64,000 nt of DNA from an uncultured Clostridia bacterium (GTDB taxonomy: Bacteria; Bacillota; Clostridia; Christensenellales; UBA1242): NCBI GenBank assembly GCA_944372675.1, contig CALVZW010000001.1, positions 137 to 64,136 on the forward strand, read 5' to 3'. Under the pieces are notes generated by a model. That model was not told the DNA's origin. It searched no databases and worked only from the letters and a program-made list of their open reading frames with translations. Each line of letters begins with the position of its first letter. Position 1 is the stretch's first letter. A program made the position numbers and the translations under genes. Below, one piece after another: positions 16,963 through 28,017 of this stretch.

Positions 16963-19106
16963 TTTTCAATGTCCTTTCTATCAATTTTGATTGCAATTGG
17001 TCGGCCGTGTGGACAAAATAATTCTGTATTATTTTCAAGTACTGCATCCACTAACACACATATTTCGTTTTCACTCATATCGTTCCCCGCTTTTATAGCC
17101 GCTTTGCACGCCCTTTGCATTAAATATTCATCAAAGTGCAAATTTTCCGCTACTTTTAATTCTTTGCCAATTTGTGATAGTATGCCGTCAAAAAATTGTT
17201 TGCAATCAAAATTTCCACCTAAGATATGAGGTACGGCAGATATTTTGTAAGATTTATCACCGAACTCTTCTAATTCAAAACCTAAATTATTAAATTGCTC
17301 TAAGTTTTGTTCGATAAAAGATTTTTCTTGGCTATTCACATTTAACATATATGGAATTAATAATGGTTGTGTTGCTTTTTCTTTATTTCCGTAAAATTTT
17401 TGCAACCTATCATAAATTATTCTTTCGTGTGCTGCGTGTTGGTCTATTAAAATAGCACTTTCACCACTTTCGACAAACAAGAATGTATTAAATAATTTTC
17501 CTACAACTTTGTAACCATTTTTTAACAATGATAAACTTTGTTCTTCATCTTCATCTTCAACATAACCGCGATATTGAAACTCTGGTTTTAATCTTTGATT
17601 AAAGGATGTATCATTATTTAAATTTTTGCTTGAAAATGCTTCAATACCAAGCGACATATTTTCTTCTTCGTTTACATTGACATTTTTAATTTCTTTAATT
17701 TTATCATCATTATTATCAAATATTTTTAGTTTATATATAGACGGTAATTCTTCATTATTATTTTCAATATTATTATTTTCATTTAATGAATTACTTAATG
17801 AAGTTTGTATATTGTTATTATTTATTTCATTGTTGTAATTTAAATTGCTAACATTGTAATTAGAGTTGTATTGTAAATCTTCATTAATATTATTTTTATC
17901 TTGAACCATAACATTTTCAAAAATTTTGTTATCATTAAAAATGGCATTTTCACTCGCAAACTTATGCTCGCTTGAATTAGAATATTTTAAATTTTGATTT
18001 GAGTTGTTTTCAAATAAGTTATCAAAATTTTTAAAAGCGTCTTGTTGTTCAGTTTGAATTAATGGTTCATTTTTTAGCGATTTTATTGGTTTATCAATTA
18101 AATCAATAGTATATAAATCTTGATTAGATAAAATCGTATTTGATACTGTTCTATAAACAAATGAGAATATAGAACTATTATCATCAAATCTTATTTCAAG
18201 TTTTGTTGGATGCACATTTACATCAATGCTTTCAGGGTTGACATCAAGAAACATTACAAAAAATGGAAATTGCCCTTTCATAAGGTGTGTTTCAAACCCT
18301 TTGTTTACTGCAACTGATATATTAGTATTTTGTACACATCTTTTATTTACAATTAAGGTTTGATATGTTCGGTTTGCTTTTGTAAAACTTGGTTTTCCAA
18401 TATAACCATATAAGTGCATTTGCTCTCTTTTACTATCAAACTTTAATAGATTTTGTAATGTATCAATTCCATATACTGCAAAAATTGCATCTTCTAAGTT
18501 TTTACCTGAACTATAATAAATTTGTTTACCGTCTACAATATATCTAATTGAAGTATTTGGGTTTGATAAGATAAGTCGCTGTACAATTGTTGTAATTTCG
18601 TGTTCTTCTTGTTTTGGCTTTTTTAAAAACTTTTTTCGTGCAGGCACATTATAAAACAAATTTTTAACAGAAACTTTTGTCCCAAGTGGTGCTGAGCATC
18701 TTTCAAAAACTTTAATTTCCCCGCCATCCAATTCAATTTTGGTTGCCAAGTCGTCATCTTCAATTTTAGTTAAAAGTTCAATTTGTGAAACTGAGGCAAT
18801 CGATGCTAATGCTTCGCCACGAAAACCTAGTGTTAAAATGGCTTCCAAATCTTCAACCGACTTAATTTTACTCGTTGCGTGGGGTAAAAATGCAGTTTTA
18901 ACATATTCGTTCTCAATGCCACAACCATCATCGATTACTGTCATTTCATCTATGCCACCATTTTTTATTTCAATGGTAATGTTTTTTGCTCCTGCATCAA
19001 TACTATTTTCAGTCAACTCTTTAATGACTGATGCCGGTCTTTCAACTACTTCGCCTGCAGATATTTTATTGTAAATTGTTGAATCTAGTACTTGTATTTG
19101 TGCCAT
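16941..19106 (-). CDS. mutL: DNA mismatch repair protein MutL
   Basis: GHKL ATPase motifs (ELTENSIDAGA, DDGCGI), an N-rich linker, and a C-terminal domain with DQHAAHERIIY. Confidence 0.93.
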   Translation of the reverse strand: MAQIQVLDSTIYNKISAGEVVERPASVIKELTENSIDAGAKNITIEIKNGGIDEMTVIDDGCGIENEYVKTAFLPHATSKIKSVEDLEAILTLGFRGEALASIASVSQIELLTKIEDDDLATKIELDGGEIKVFERCSAPLGTKVSVKNLFYNVPARKKFLKKPKQEEHEITTIVQRLILSNPNTSIRYIVDGKQIYYSSGKNLEDAIFAVYGIDTLQNLLKFDSKREQMHLYGYIGKPSFTKANRTYQTLIVNKRCVQNTNISVAVNKGFETHLMKGQFPFFVMFLDVNPESIDVNVHPTKLEIRFDDNSSIFSFVYRTVSNTILSNQDLYTIDLIDKPIKSLKNEPLIQTEQQDAFKNFDNLFENNSNQNLKYSNSSEHKFASENAIFNDNKIFENVMVQDKNNINEDLQYNSNYNVSNLNYNNEINNNNIQTSLSNSLNENNNIENNNEELPSIYKLKIFDNNDDKIKEIKNVNVNEEENMSLGIEAFSSKNLNNDTSFNQRLKPEFQYRGYVEDEDEEQSLSLLKNGYKVVGKLFNTFLFVESGESAILIDQHAAHERIIYDRLQKFYGNKEKATQPLLIPYMLNVNSQEKSFIEQNLEQFNNLGFELEEFGDKSYKISAVPHILGGNFDCKQFFDGILSQIGKELKVAENLHFDEYLMQRACKAAIKAGNDMSENEICVLVDAVLENNTELFCPHGRPIAIKIDRKDIEKWFKRVL

Positions 19107-19109
19107 TTT

Positions 19110-21704
19110 TTACTCCTTTATCATATTTTGCATAGTTTGTATAGTTGTTAATGCTTCAATTGGTGTCAATAAATTTACATTTATTGAATTAATATAAGCA
19201 CTTAACTTATTAAGTTTATCATTCTCTTTTTCTTGTTGCGTTTGAGGTAGTTCAATCTTGTTTAGTTTTACTTGGTTTAAGTTTAATGCTTGTAAAATTT
19301 CTTTAGCACGAGATATTACGGCATTTGGCAATCCTGCCATACTTGCAACTTCAATACCAAAACTTCGATTTGCACCGCCTTTAATAATTTTTCTTAAAAA
19401 TATAACAGTATTGTCAAATTCTTTTACAGATATTTGATAATTTTTTACCCCTTCTAGTTTGCCTTCGAGTTCTGTTAGTTCGTGATAGTGTGTTGCAAAT
19501 AGTACTTTAGATTTTGTTTGTTTAGATAAGTATTCTACAACTGCCCAAGCAATACTTAAGCCATCGTAAGTACTTGTTCCCCTACCAACTTCGTCAAAAA
19601 CTATTAAACTATTGTCAGTTAAATTTGCTAATATGTTCGATACTTCAAGCATTTCAACCATAAATGTGCTTTGACCAAATGCTAAGTCATCACTTGCACC
19701 AATACGCGTAAAAATTCTATCTGTTATTGCAATTTTTGCTGAACGAGCAGGAACAAATGAACCAATATGTGCCATTAAAACTATTAAAGCAACTTGTCTC
19801 ATATAAGTACTTTTACCAGCCATATTTGGCCCTGTAATTATTAATATTCTATTTTCGCCATTATCAAGATAAGTATCATTTGGAACAAATCTTTCATCTT
19901 TAAGAGTTTGTTCTACAACGCAATGCCTACCATCAATAATTTCTGTTTCTTTAATAGATTTGTTTATAAGTGGTTTGCAGAAATTATTTTCAAGTGCAAC
20001 ATATGACAATGACATCAATGAGTCAATCATTGCAAGAACTTTTGCAGTACTTAAAAGTGAAGGTATATTTGAAATAAGTTTTTCTCGTATTTGTTCAAAA
20101 ATTTCTTGCTCAAGTTTTAACTGCATTTCTTCAGCATTTAAAATTTCTGCTTCCAAAAATTTAAGTTCATCTGTTATATATCTTTCGCTGTTTGCAAGTG
20201 TTTGTTTTCGTTGATATCTTTCTTTAGGAATAAATTGAATTTGTGATTTTGGTATTTCTATGAAATATCCAAAAACTGAGTTGTAAGAAATTTTTAAAGT
20301 CTTTATGCCTGTAAGATTTTTTTCTTCATTCTCAATTTTAATAAGTTCAGTTCTTCCACCTGTTGCTTTTTCGCGTATTTGGTCAAGTTGTTGGTTAAAG
20401 CCTTTTTTGATAAAACCGCTATCACGAGTGTTAGTTGGAGAATTTTCATCAAAAGCACCATCCAACATTTCCACTAAATCTTCAAAATCTACAATTTCTT
20501 TTGTTGCAAATTTAAATAAATTGCTATGTAATGTTGCTACGACTTGTTTTATTTGTGGTATTTTTGAAATCGCAATTTTTAAATCGTTACATCCCCTTGG
20601 CGATATTGTTCCATAAGAAATTTTACCGCATATTCTTTCAATATCAGTTATCTCTCTTAATGTTTGTGAAATACTTTCACGAGCCAAAGTGTTGTTAATT
20701 AATTCTTCAACTGCATTAAGTCTTTCATTAATTTGAAGTTCATCTTGTAAAGGTTGTTCCACCCATTGACGCAATAATCTAGCACCCATAGATGTTTTTG
20801 TTTTATTTAAAACCCAATATAGCGAACCTTTTGTTTTTCTATCTTTCATTGATTCAACCAATTCAAGATTCCTTCTAGTATTAATATCTAGTTGCATAAT
20901 GCTTTTATCTTTTTCAACAACAATTTTTGTAATGTTGCTCATTGCTCTTTTTTGTGTTTCTTCAAGATATGAAAGCAAAGCCCCTGCTGACATTATTGCA
21001 TATTTGTTGTTACCTAAATCGGTTTTATCTAATGATAAAATATTTAGTTGTTTGCATATTTGTTTAGTAGCCCTTTCTAGTCCGTAAGCCCAATCATAAT
21101 ATTCATTTGCTTTTGGAGCAATACCGACTTTGTAACTTGTTAAGTTTGAATAAAACTCTCTAACTCTTGAATTACAAATAACTTCGCTTGGCTTTATTCT
21201 AGTAAGTAAGTCATTGATTTTGTCAATAGATAGTCCTTTATCACTTTTTAAAGCATACATATCGCCAGTTGTTATGTCTACATAACTAGCACCATAACCG
21301 CCGTCATCGCAGTATAGCGACATAATAAAATTGTTTTTAGTGTCGTCTAGTAATTCCGTTTCCATTATTGTCCCTGGTGTAACAACTCTAACAACATCTC
21401 TAACAACAAGCGGTTGCCCCTGTTTTGGTTGAGTTAACTGTTCGCATATAGCCACTTTGTAGCCTAATGAAATTAATTTAGTAATGTAGTTATTGCTTGA
21501 ATGAAATGGAATTCCACACATAGGCGCTTTTTTATTATCTCCACAATCTCGTGCAGTTAGAGTTAGTCCAAGCACTTTAGAAACTTCTAGCGCATCTTCA
21601 AAAAACATCTCATAAAAATCACCTAATCTATAAAACAGGATACAATCTTTGTATTCTTCTTTCTTATTTAGGTACTGTTGCATCATTGGTGATAATTTAC
21701 TCAT
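19110..21704 (-). CDS. mutS: DNA mismatch repair protein MutS
   Basis: 864 aa. It has an N-terminal mismatch-binding region (GDFYEMF) and a Walker A GPNMAGKST. The ATHYHEL motif is also present. Confidence 0.95.
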   Translation of the reverse strand: MSKLSPMMQQYLNKKEEYKDCILFYRLGDFYEMFFEDALEVSKVLGLTLTARDCGDNKKAPMCGIPFHSSNNYITKLISLGYKVAICEQLTQPKQGQPLVVRDVVRVVTPGTIMETELLDDTKNNFIMSLYCDDGGYGASYVDITTGDMYALKSDKGLSIDKINDLLTRIKPSEVICNSRVREFYSNLTSYKVGIAPKANEYYDWAYGLERATKQICKQLNILSLDKTDLGNNKYAIMSAGALLSYLEETQKRAMSNITKIVVEKDKSIMQLDINTRRNLELVESMKDRKTKGSLYWVLNKTKTSMGARLLRQWVEQPLQDELQINERLNAVEELINNTLARESISQTLREITDIERICGKISYGTISPRGCNDLKIAISKIPQIKQVVATLHSNLFKFATKEIVDFEDLVEMLDGAFDENSPTNTRDSGFIKKGFNQQLDQIREKATGGRTELIKIENEEKNLTGIKTLKISYNSVFGYFIEIPKSQIQFIPKERYQRKQTLANSERYITDELKFLEAEILNAEEMQLKLEQEIFEQIREKLISNIPSLLSTAKVLAMIDSLMSLSYVALENNFCKPLINKSIKETEIIDGRHCVVEQTLKDERFVPNDTYLDNGENRILIITGPNMAGKSTYMRQVALIVLMAHIGSFVPARSAKIAITDRIFTRIGASDDLAFGQSTFMVEMLEVSNILANLTDNSLIVFDEVGRGTSTYDGLSIAWAVVEYLSKQTKSKVLFATHYHELTELEGKLEGVKNYQISVKEFDNTVIFLRKIIKGGANRSFGIEVASMAGLPNAVISRAKEILQALNLNQVKLNKIELPQTQQEKENDKLNKLSAYINSINVNLLTPIEALTTIQTMQNMIKE

Positions 21705-21715
21705 TTCTTCCTCCG

Positions 21716-23047
21716 TTAATTTAAAACTTCTCCATAAAGTTGATTGTTTTCAATTTTTGTAATTTTAACATCTACAAAAGATAATTCTCGTAAGTCATTG
21801 CATTGAACTATTATGGTTTTCCCGCTATCAGTTTTAACTATATAACAATCTAAGTCTTTTGTATCTAATTTCCTTTCAACAATACAGTTTTCAACCTTGC
21901 CAATCATTTCATTATTTTTTTGTAGCGAAATTTCTTTTTCTAATTTTAATAAAGCATTTACGCGTTTGTTCTTTTCTTCTTGACTAACTTGTCCATCCAT
22001 TGTGGCTGCTGGCGTACCTTGTCGTGGTGAATACATAAAAGCAAATATTCCATTATATGAAACTGTTTTTACTAAATCGCAAGTCATATTAAAATCTTCT
22101 TCAGTTTCTGTTGGAAAGCCAACGATAAAATCACTTGTTAAAGAAACATTAGGTATTTTTTCTTTTATTTTATTAATTGTTTCCAAGTAGTGTTCGACTG
22201 TATATTTTCTATTCATCAATTTTAGTATTCTATTGCTTCCCGATTGTACCGGTAAATGTATTGCTTTTGAAATTTTGGGATTGTTTGCTATTACATCTAT
22301 GACATCATCAGTTAAATCTTTTGGATGCGAAGTCATAAACTTTAATTTAAATTCATAAGGCAAGTCTGCAATTTTTTGTAATAGCATTGCAAATGATATT
22401 CCATTGCTAAGGTCATTTCCGTAAGAATTTACATTTTGTCCTAACAATGTAATAACTTTATATTTTCCCGTTTTTAGTAAAGATTCTACTTCTTCAATAA
22501 TATCTTTTGCATCTCTACTTTTTTCTCTACCTCGTACATACGGAACAATGCAATATGTACAAAAGTTGTTACAGCCATACATAATGTTTACCCAACCGTT
22601 ATAGCCACTTGTCCTATACATAGGCACATTTTCGTTTATGTATACTTCATCTTCAATAGACTTAATTCTTTTGTGATTTAAATTAAAATCATCAAGAAAT
22701 TCGCCAAATTTGCTAAGGTTATGTGTTCCAAAAATAATGTTTACAAAGGGAAACTTTTTTTGTATTAAATCGGCCATTTCAGGCTGTTGACTCATACATC
22801 CACACACAGCAACAACTAGATTAGGATTTAATTTTTTTATTGGTTTAACTGCCCCAATATTTCCTAATATCTTTTCTTCCGCAGATTTTCTTATGCAACA
22901 AGTATTAAAAACAATAACATCTGCTTGGTTTTGGTTTTGAGTTTCAACATATCCTCTTTCTTCCAAAAATCCAGCAAGTTTTTCTGATTCATGTACATTC
23001 ATTTGACATCCATAGGTCAAAATGTGATAATATTTTGTGTTATTCAT
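21716..23047 (-). CDS. miaB: tRNA-2-methylthio-N6-dimethylallyladenosine synthase
   Basis: Start at MNNTKYYHILTYGCQMN (23047). It has a radical-SAM CNNFCTYC motif and a C-terminal TRAM-like domain. Confidence 0.9.
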   Translation of the reverse strand: MNNTKYYHILTYGCQMNVHESEKLAGFLEERGYVETQNQNQADVIVFNTCCIRKSAEEKILGNIGAVKPIKKLNPNLVVAVCGCMSQQPEMADLIQKKFPFVNIIFGTHNLSKFGEFLDDFNLNHKRIKSIEDEVYINENVPMYRTSGYNGWVNIMYGCNNFCTYCIVPYVRGREKSRDAKDIIEEVESLLKTGKYKVITLLGQNVNSYGNDLSNGISFAMLLQKIADLPYEFKLKFMTSHPKDLTDDVIDVIANNPKISKAIHLPVQSGSNRILKLMNRKYTVEHYLETINKIKEKIPNVSLTSDFIVGFPTETEEDFNMTCDLVKTVSYNGIFAFMYSPRQGTPAATMDGQVSQEEKNKRVNALLKLEKEISLQKNNEMIGKVENCIVERKLDTKDLDCYIVKTDSGKTIIVQCNDLRELSFVDVKITKIENNQLYGEVLN

Positions 23048-23170
23048 AATAATCCTTTTATGTTTAATTATATCATTTTTTGTAATAAAATAGCAAGTCA
23101 AAATACAAAATTCATAAAAAAAACAGTTAATATTTTACATATTTAAAATGATTATGCAAATAATAGTTTA

Positions 23171-25390
23171 ATGATAAATGTATTAAAAAAAGTTTTTAAA
23201 GTCGGCATAATTATTTTTGCTATCTTAGTAGTAGCAATTAGTTGTTGTTTAGGTTATTATTACATAAAAATTTCTAGCAAATATGACAACATAACTTTTG
23301 ATAAAGACAAGTTAATAACAGCAACTTCTTATGCTGAAATATTAGATAGCGAAAACCAAGTTGTAAGCAATGCTTCAATTGATGGAAGAAAAACCATTGC
23401 TTTTGATGAAATACCAGAACATACTATTAATGCTTTTATTGCAATTGAAGACCAAAACTTTTATAAGCATAATGGAATTAATTATAAAAGAATTTTAAAA
23501 TCAATTTTTGTTAATTTAAAATCTGGATATGCTAAGGAAGGAGCATCAACGATATCACAACAACTTATTAAAAATACGCATTTAAACAATGAAAAAACAT
23601 TGGAGAGAAAACTTAAAGAATTTTTTTTAACAAAAAAACTAGAAAAATCTTTTACTAAAAATGAAATAATGGAAGCATATTTAAATGTCATTTATTTTGG
23701 CAATAGTTGCTTTGGCATTGAAAATGCAAGTAATTTTTATTTTGATAAATCAGCAAGTGAACTAGACATTGCAGAATCTGCTATGCTTGCGGGTATTATC
23801 AAGTCCCCTAAGTTATATTCCCCTATTTTGCACGAAAATGATTGTAAGGCAAGACGCAATTTAGTTTTAAATCAAATGGCAAAATGCAATTATATAACTA
23901 GTGAACAAGAAAAAACTGAGTCGCAAAAGGATATTATTCTTAGCAAAAAGACCATTAATAATTGCCTTGAAAGAAATGTTTTGAATTTTTCTGCAAAAAC
24001 TCTTAATTTGGCAGAAAAAGATTTGATTAATTCAAAACTAAAAATTAAAACATATATAAAACCTAGTTTACAAAATTTCATAGATAATCTTGATTTAAGC
24101 ATTTTTAATTATGATAACAATATGCCAGAATATGCAATAATTATTGAAAACAATAAAAATGGCGGTATTGAAGCAATACGGACTTCCGAAGCCGTCAATC
24201 TTGAAGATACGTTAAGACAACCTGCTTCTTGCTTAAAACCATTTTTAGTCTATGCTCCTAACTTCGAAGATGGAAAGATAAACTTACTTACAAAGGTTGA
24301 TGACGAAAAAACTACTATAGCAGACTTTAGTCCTAAAAATGCGGGAAATAAATATAAAGGCAATATTTCTGTTAAAGAAGCCATAAGCACTTCATCAAAT
24401 GTTTGTGCAACAAAATTGCTGAACTACTACGGCATTAATAAAGCAAAAAAGACTGCTGAAAAGTTTGGTTTTAAATTTACAAAAAATGATAATCATTTAG
24501 CACTTGCTTTGGGTAGTTTATATAATGGGTGCGATTTGCTAACTTTGACTAACGCTTATGCAACTTTGGCTAATGGTGGTAAAAAACCAAACATAAGTGT
24601 TGTTGAAAGCATAAATGGACTAAATGACATACCTTTATACAAGAATGAAAGCAATAAACAAACTGTTATTTCAAATGAAACAGCATTTTTACTAACAAAA
24701 GCATTGCAAGATTGCACAAAAAATGGTACTGCTAAAAAATTGAAAGAATATGCGAATGTCGTAGCATCAAAAACCGGAACAAATGGTGCAATTAACAGCA
24801 ACAAAAATACCGATGCTTATTGCATTAGTTATTCGAAAGACTACACTGTTTGTGTTTGGATGGGTATTAAAAATAATGATGCCGAACTTTTACCGCAAAA
24901 TTATAATGGAGGCAATCAACCTGCTAGCATTTCAAAAAAAATATGGGATTATCTCAAGCCAACTCAAAAGTTTGAAATACCTAGCGGAATAGTTAAACTA
25001 AGGATTGATAAAGAAAACTACGATAATAATAACACTGTCAAACTTGCTACAAAAGAAACATTAGATAGATATGTAATTGAAGAGTATTTTAATAAAAAAT
25101 ATGCCCCTACTCTTTATGCCGATACATTTACGGCAGTTAGCAAACCAATTTTTGAATGTAAAGTAAGCGAAAAAAATGTAATATTAAATATTGAAACAAA
25201 CAAGCACACAAGTTATGAATTACACAGAATATCAAATGGCAAAGATGAATTATTAGATACAATTAAATCACAAAAAAATCAATATATTTATGAAGATGAA
25301 AATCTTAGTCCAAATTTTTATGAATATTATATAATTGCGGAAAAAGGCGAAAGTAAAAAAAGTGATATTATTAAAGTTTTAGTTGAATGA
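23171..25390 (+). CDS. class A penicillin-binding protein (glycosyltransferase + transpeptidase)
   Basis: N-terminal TM and GT51 motifs (EDQNFYKHNGI, GASTISQQL). Transpeptidase motifs SCLKP, SSN and KTGT, plus an extra C-terminal domain. Confidence 0.88.
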   Translation: MINVLKKVFKVGIIIFAILVVAISCCLGYYYIKISSKYDNITFDKDKLITATSYAEILDSENQVVSNASIDGRKTIAFDEIPEHTINAFIAIEDQNFYKHNGINYKRILKSIFVNLKSGYAKEGASTISQQLIKNTHLNNEKTLERKLKEFFLTKKLEKSFTKNEIMEAYLNVIYFGNSCFGIENASNFYFDKSASELDIAESAMLAGIIKSPKLYSPILHENDCKARRNLVLNQMAKCNYITSEQEKTESQKDIILSKKTINNCLERNVLNFSAKTLNLAEKDLINSKLKIKTYIKPSLQNFIDNLDLSIFNYDNNMPEYAIIIENNKNGGIEAIRTSEAVNLEDTLRQPASCLKPFLVYAPNFEDGKINLLTKVDDEKTTIADFSPKNAGNKYKGNISVKEAISTSSNVCATKLLNYYGINKAKKTAEKFGFKFTKNDNHLALALGSLYNGCDLLTLTNAYATLANGGKKPNISVVESINGLNDIPLYKNESNKQTVISNETAFLLTKALQDCTKNGTAKKLKEYANVVASKTGTNGAINSNKNTDAYCISYSKDYTVCVWMGIKNNDAELLPQNYNGGNQPASISKKIWDYLKPTQKFEIPSGIVKLRIDKENYDNNNTVKLATKETLDRYVIEEYFNKKYAPTLYADTFTAVSKPIFECKVSEKNVILNIETNKHTSYELHRISNGKDELLDTIKSQKNQYIYEDENLSPNFYEYYIIAEKGESKKSDIIKVLVE

Positions 25391-25581
25391 TATAAAAAAT
25401 TAAATAATTAAAGTATTTACAAGTTTTAAAAATATATAAATAAATAACAGACAGATTGTAGAAAAAAATAATAAAATGGAAACAACATAGCATACAAAAC
25501 AATTATATATTTAAAATTTAAAATTGTTTTAAAAACCATAATCTTATGAGTTGTAAAATGTATTAACATTTACTACAAAAT

Positions 25582-25615
25582 AAAAAATCACGAAATATAT
25601 TCGTGACTTTTTTAA
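25582..25615. terminator. bidirectional intrinsic terminator (PBP gene / rpmA)
   Basis: A-run, stem TCACGAA (25588-25594) pairing with TTCGTGA (25600-25606), then a T-run. Confidence 0.7.
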
Positions 25616-25891
25616 TTATTTTGCATAGACAGATACTTGAATCTTGTCTTTTGATTTGTGTTCAAATTTAACAACACCATCAATTAATGCGAAAATTGTG
25701 TAGTCTTTACCTAAACCGACATTGTTGCCAACAGCATATTTTGTGCCTCTTTGGCGAACTATTATATTACCGGCAAGAACTGATTGTCCATCAGATTTCT
25801 TTAGGCCAAGACGCTTAGATTCGCTATCTCTGCCGTTCTTTGAACTACTTCCACCTTTCTTAGATGCAAATAATTGTAAACTAATAAACAT
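25616..25891 (-). CDS. rpmA: 50S ribosomal protein L27 (with cleavable N-terminal extension)
   Basis: [23 protein letters not shown]... is a Firmicutes-type L27 with the propeptide removed by Prp. Confidence 0.93.
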   Translation of the reverse strand: MFISLQLFASKKGGSSSKNGRDSESKRLGLKKSDGQSVLAGNIIVRQRGTKYAVGNNVGLGKDYTIFALIDGVVKFEHKSKDKIQVSVYAK

Positions 25892-26198
25892 CTCTTATCT
25901 CCTTTATTTGTAAATTTTTAGGATATCCACTTTCAATATCTCTTAAGCCATAAATCATAGAATTGATTATAATTTGCACTTCTTTGTTTTTAGGTATGTT
26001 TAACTCAATGTTTCCATCGCTAACTTTACTTAAAATATCAATATCATACATCTTTTTAACTGCTAAAACTGCCGTTTGTAAAAGTGTTGAAATGCCAGCG
26101 CAAACTATATCTTTTCCTGACGGAGCATAATCAGTGTGTCCATTGGCTTTAATTTGAACAATGCTGTCTCCGTTATAAACAATTTCAATAGTAGTCAT
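25881..26198 (-). CDS. prp: ribosomal-processing cysteine protease Prp
   Basis: 105 aa located between rplU and rpmA, with the motif [18 protein letters not shown]. Confidence 0.88.
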   Translation of the reverse strand: MTTIEIVYNGDSIVQIKANGHTDYAPSGKDIVCAGISTLLQTAVLAVKKMYDIDILSKVSDGNIELNIPKNKEVQIIINSMIYGLRDIESGYPKNLQIKEIRDVY

Positions 26199-26506
26199 TA
26201 TTTTGTTATTGACAAAATTTTAACTCTTGTAAATGGTTGGCGATGCCCCATTTTGCGTCTTTCATTCTTTTTAGGCTTGTATGTGAATATTGTAAGTTTT
26301 TCGCCCTTGCCGTGAGCCATTACTTCACCTTCAACAACTGCATTTTTAACAATTGGTGTGCCAACTGTAGATTTTTTGCCGTCATTGAGTAATAAAACAT
26401 CAAACTTAACTTTATCGCCAACATTGGCATTTAAAAGTTCGATATCGTAGTAACGGTCTTGTTCAACTTTGAGTTGTTTTCCACCTGTTTTAATAATAGC
26501 GTACAT
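26198..26506 (-). CDS. rplU: 50S ribosomal protein L21
   Basis: MYAIIKTGGKQLKVEQD..., 102 aa. Confidence 0.95.
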   Translation of the reverse strand: MYAIIKTGGKQLKVEQDRYYDIELLNANVGDKVKFDVLLLNDGKKSTVGTPIVKNAVVEGEVMAHGKGEKLTIFTYKPKKNERRKMGHRQPFTRVKILSITK

Positions 26507-26590
26507 TTAGTTTCCCTCCTATAGTATTAAGACTCGCTGAATAAGGCGACTTGCGTACTTAAAAAGCCCACTCCAAGCGGTACTGCAGTA
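26507..26590 (-). promoter_or_regulatory. L21 (rplU) leader, ribosomal-protein autoregulatory 5' UTR
   Basis: This is the only GC-enriched, structured non-coding segment in the window. It sits between a consensus promoter and rplU, the position of the Firmicutes L21 leader. Confidence 0.55.
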
Positions 26591-26619
26591 AGTATATCTA
26601 AATTAACTCAATTTGTCAA
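26591..26619 (-). promoter_or_regulatory. rplU operon promoter
   Basis: On the minus strand: TTGACA (26619-26614), a 17-bp spacer, then TATACT (26596-26591). Confidence 0.7.
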
Positions 26620-26837
26620 GTAATTTACAAAAATAAATTTATCTTTTTTTGCTTGTTATGAATAATATCAATTTGATTACTAGTTATTGTATTTATGTCA
26701 TTATTTATATTTCTCAATTACATAAGAATAATTATAAATGAAATAAATACTTCGGTCTATACAGTTTATAAAGATTAAATGATTTTTATTTAAGTAATAT
26801 TTAATGTTTGTAATGACAAGTAAATAAGACTATTAAA

Positions 26838-27971
26838 TTATTTTCTTTTTCTTGTATCACAAACTTTATTGTTTACTATTTGATTTGAGTTGTTACTTAA
26901 TTTATTTAAAAGATTAACCCTTTTGTATAAAACTATCGCACAAATTACAAATACAATATCCATAAAACCAGTTAAAGGATAAAAGAAGTCTATAATAACA
27001 CTAAACCCAACCCTACTTAGCAAAAACGAAACTAAGCAAGTTATTGCAATAGATATGTGTTTGTCATTTATATAGCCGTTAAGCCACCAAGAAATAGTAA
27101 ACATGGTAGCGACGGCAGTTGTAAAAATTGCAAGCCATAAAATAACTACTGATAGTATTACAAAAATATTAGAAACCCCAAATGCTAGATAAACAAATGG
27201 CATATCATATTGAATAGATACAGGATTTAAAATAATTGATAAACTTGATAAAAAAGTAATAACAGTTAAAACTATTCCCGTTAATACACTTGCTTTCTTA
27301 TCTACATTTTTAGTCGTATTTGAGCCTGTTTTCATTAAAATAAAGCCCGTCAGGAACATATTACTGCATACAAAAATTATGCAACAACCTATTGAATTTA
27401 ATAGTGAGTTATATGAAAAGTTGAAAATATTTTCAAGATTAAAATTTGAAGTTTTAAAAATTGCAACAGTAAAGATTGCAAATAAAAATATTAAAAGTAA
27501 AGGCAGTAAAATTCCATTAAGTTTGGAAAGTTTATCAATTCCGCCAAGCACTGTTACAACGCAAAGCAATGCTCCAATTATTGAAATAATAGGAAAATCA
27601 AAGTTTTGGAATATTATGCCTTGTAAACTATCAAAACCTGCAAACATTGCACCTAAAACAATTATGTAAGAAAAAATTATTATAATTTCAAAAATATGCG
27701 CAAATTTACCAAACAACAATTTAAAAAAATCAGTTAATGAATCGGCTTTACAGTTTTTACCTAGTTGTAAAAAAATGTAACCTAGCAAAAAAAATGTTAT
27801 TCCCGCTACAATAGTCATTACCAATCCCCAAAATCCAAATCGTGCAAAATAAATATATACTTCCCTACCAGACGCAAAGCCAGCACCAACTATTGTACCA
27901 AAAAAAATTAAAAATACTTTAATAGTGGACATCGAATTGTTTTTATTTGATTTTTTTAAATTTAAATTCAT
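26838..27971 (-). CDS. YkvI-like membrane protein (putative transporter)
   Basis: 377-aa polytopic protein. The N-terminal FFGTIVGAGFASGREV motif resembles the YkvI family. The start is uncertain (27971 or 27932). Confidence 0.55.
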   Translation of the reverse strand: MNLNLKKSNKNNSMSTIKVFLIFFGTIVGAGFASGREVYIYFARFGFWGLVMTIVAGITFFLLGYIFLQLGKNCKADSLTDFFKLLFGKFAHIFEIIIIFSYIIVLGAMFAGFDSLQGIIFQNFDFPIISIIGALLCVVTVLGGIDKLSKLNGILLPLLLIFLFAIFTVAIFKTSNFNLENIFNFSYNSLLNSIGCCIIFVCSNMFLTGFILMKTGSNTTKNVDKKASVLTGIVLTVITFLSSLSIILNPVSIQYDMPFVYLAFGVSNIFVILSVVILWLAIFTTAVATMFTISWWLNGYINDKHISIAITCLVSFLLSRVGFSVIIDFFYPLTGFMDIVFVICAIVLYKRVNLLNKLSNNSNQIVNNKVCDTRKRK

Positions 27972-27982
27972 ATTTAATTATA

Positions 27983-28011
27983 TTGCAAATTTGTTAACTT
28001 TATGATATCAT
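27983..28011 (+). promoter_or_regulatory. sigma-A type promoter with extended -10, positioned for a leaderless tmcAL mRNA
   Basis: -35 TTGCAA at 27983-27988, a 17-bp spacer, then TGATATCAT at 28003-28011. The ATG is at 28018 with no SD. Confidence 0.5.
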
Positions 28012-28017
28012 TACAAT

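Noticed and set aside
17650-18050. Asparagine-rich low-complexity tracts in mutL. Similar tracts occur in the PadR-like protein (about 11200-12000) and in the ftsK linker (about 50900-51500).
   Set aside because: These are interdomain linkers whose composition follows the extreme AT bias (AAT/AAA codons). There is no tandem repeat structure at the DNA level.
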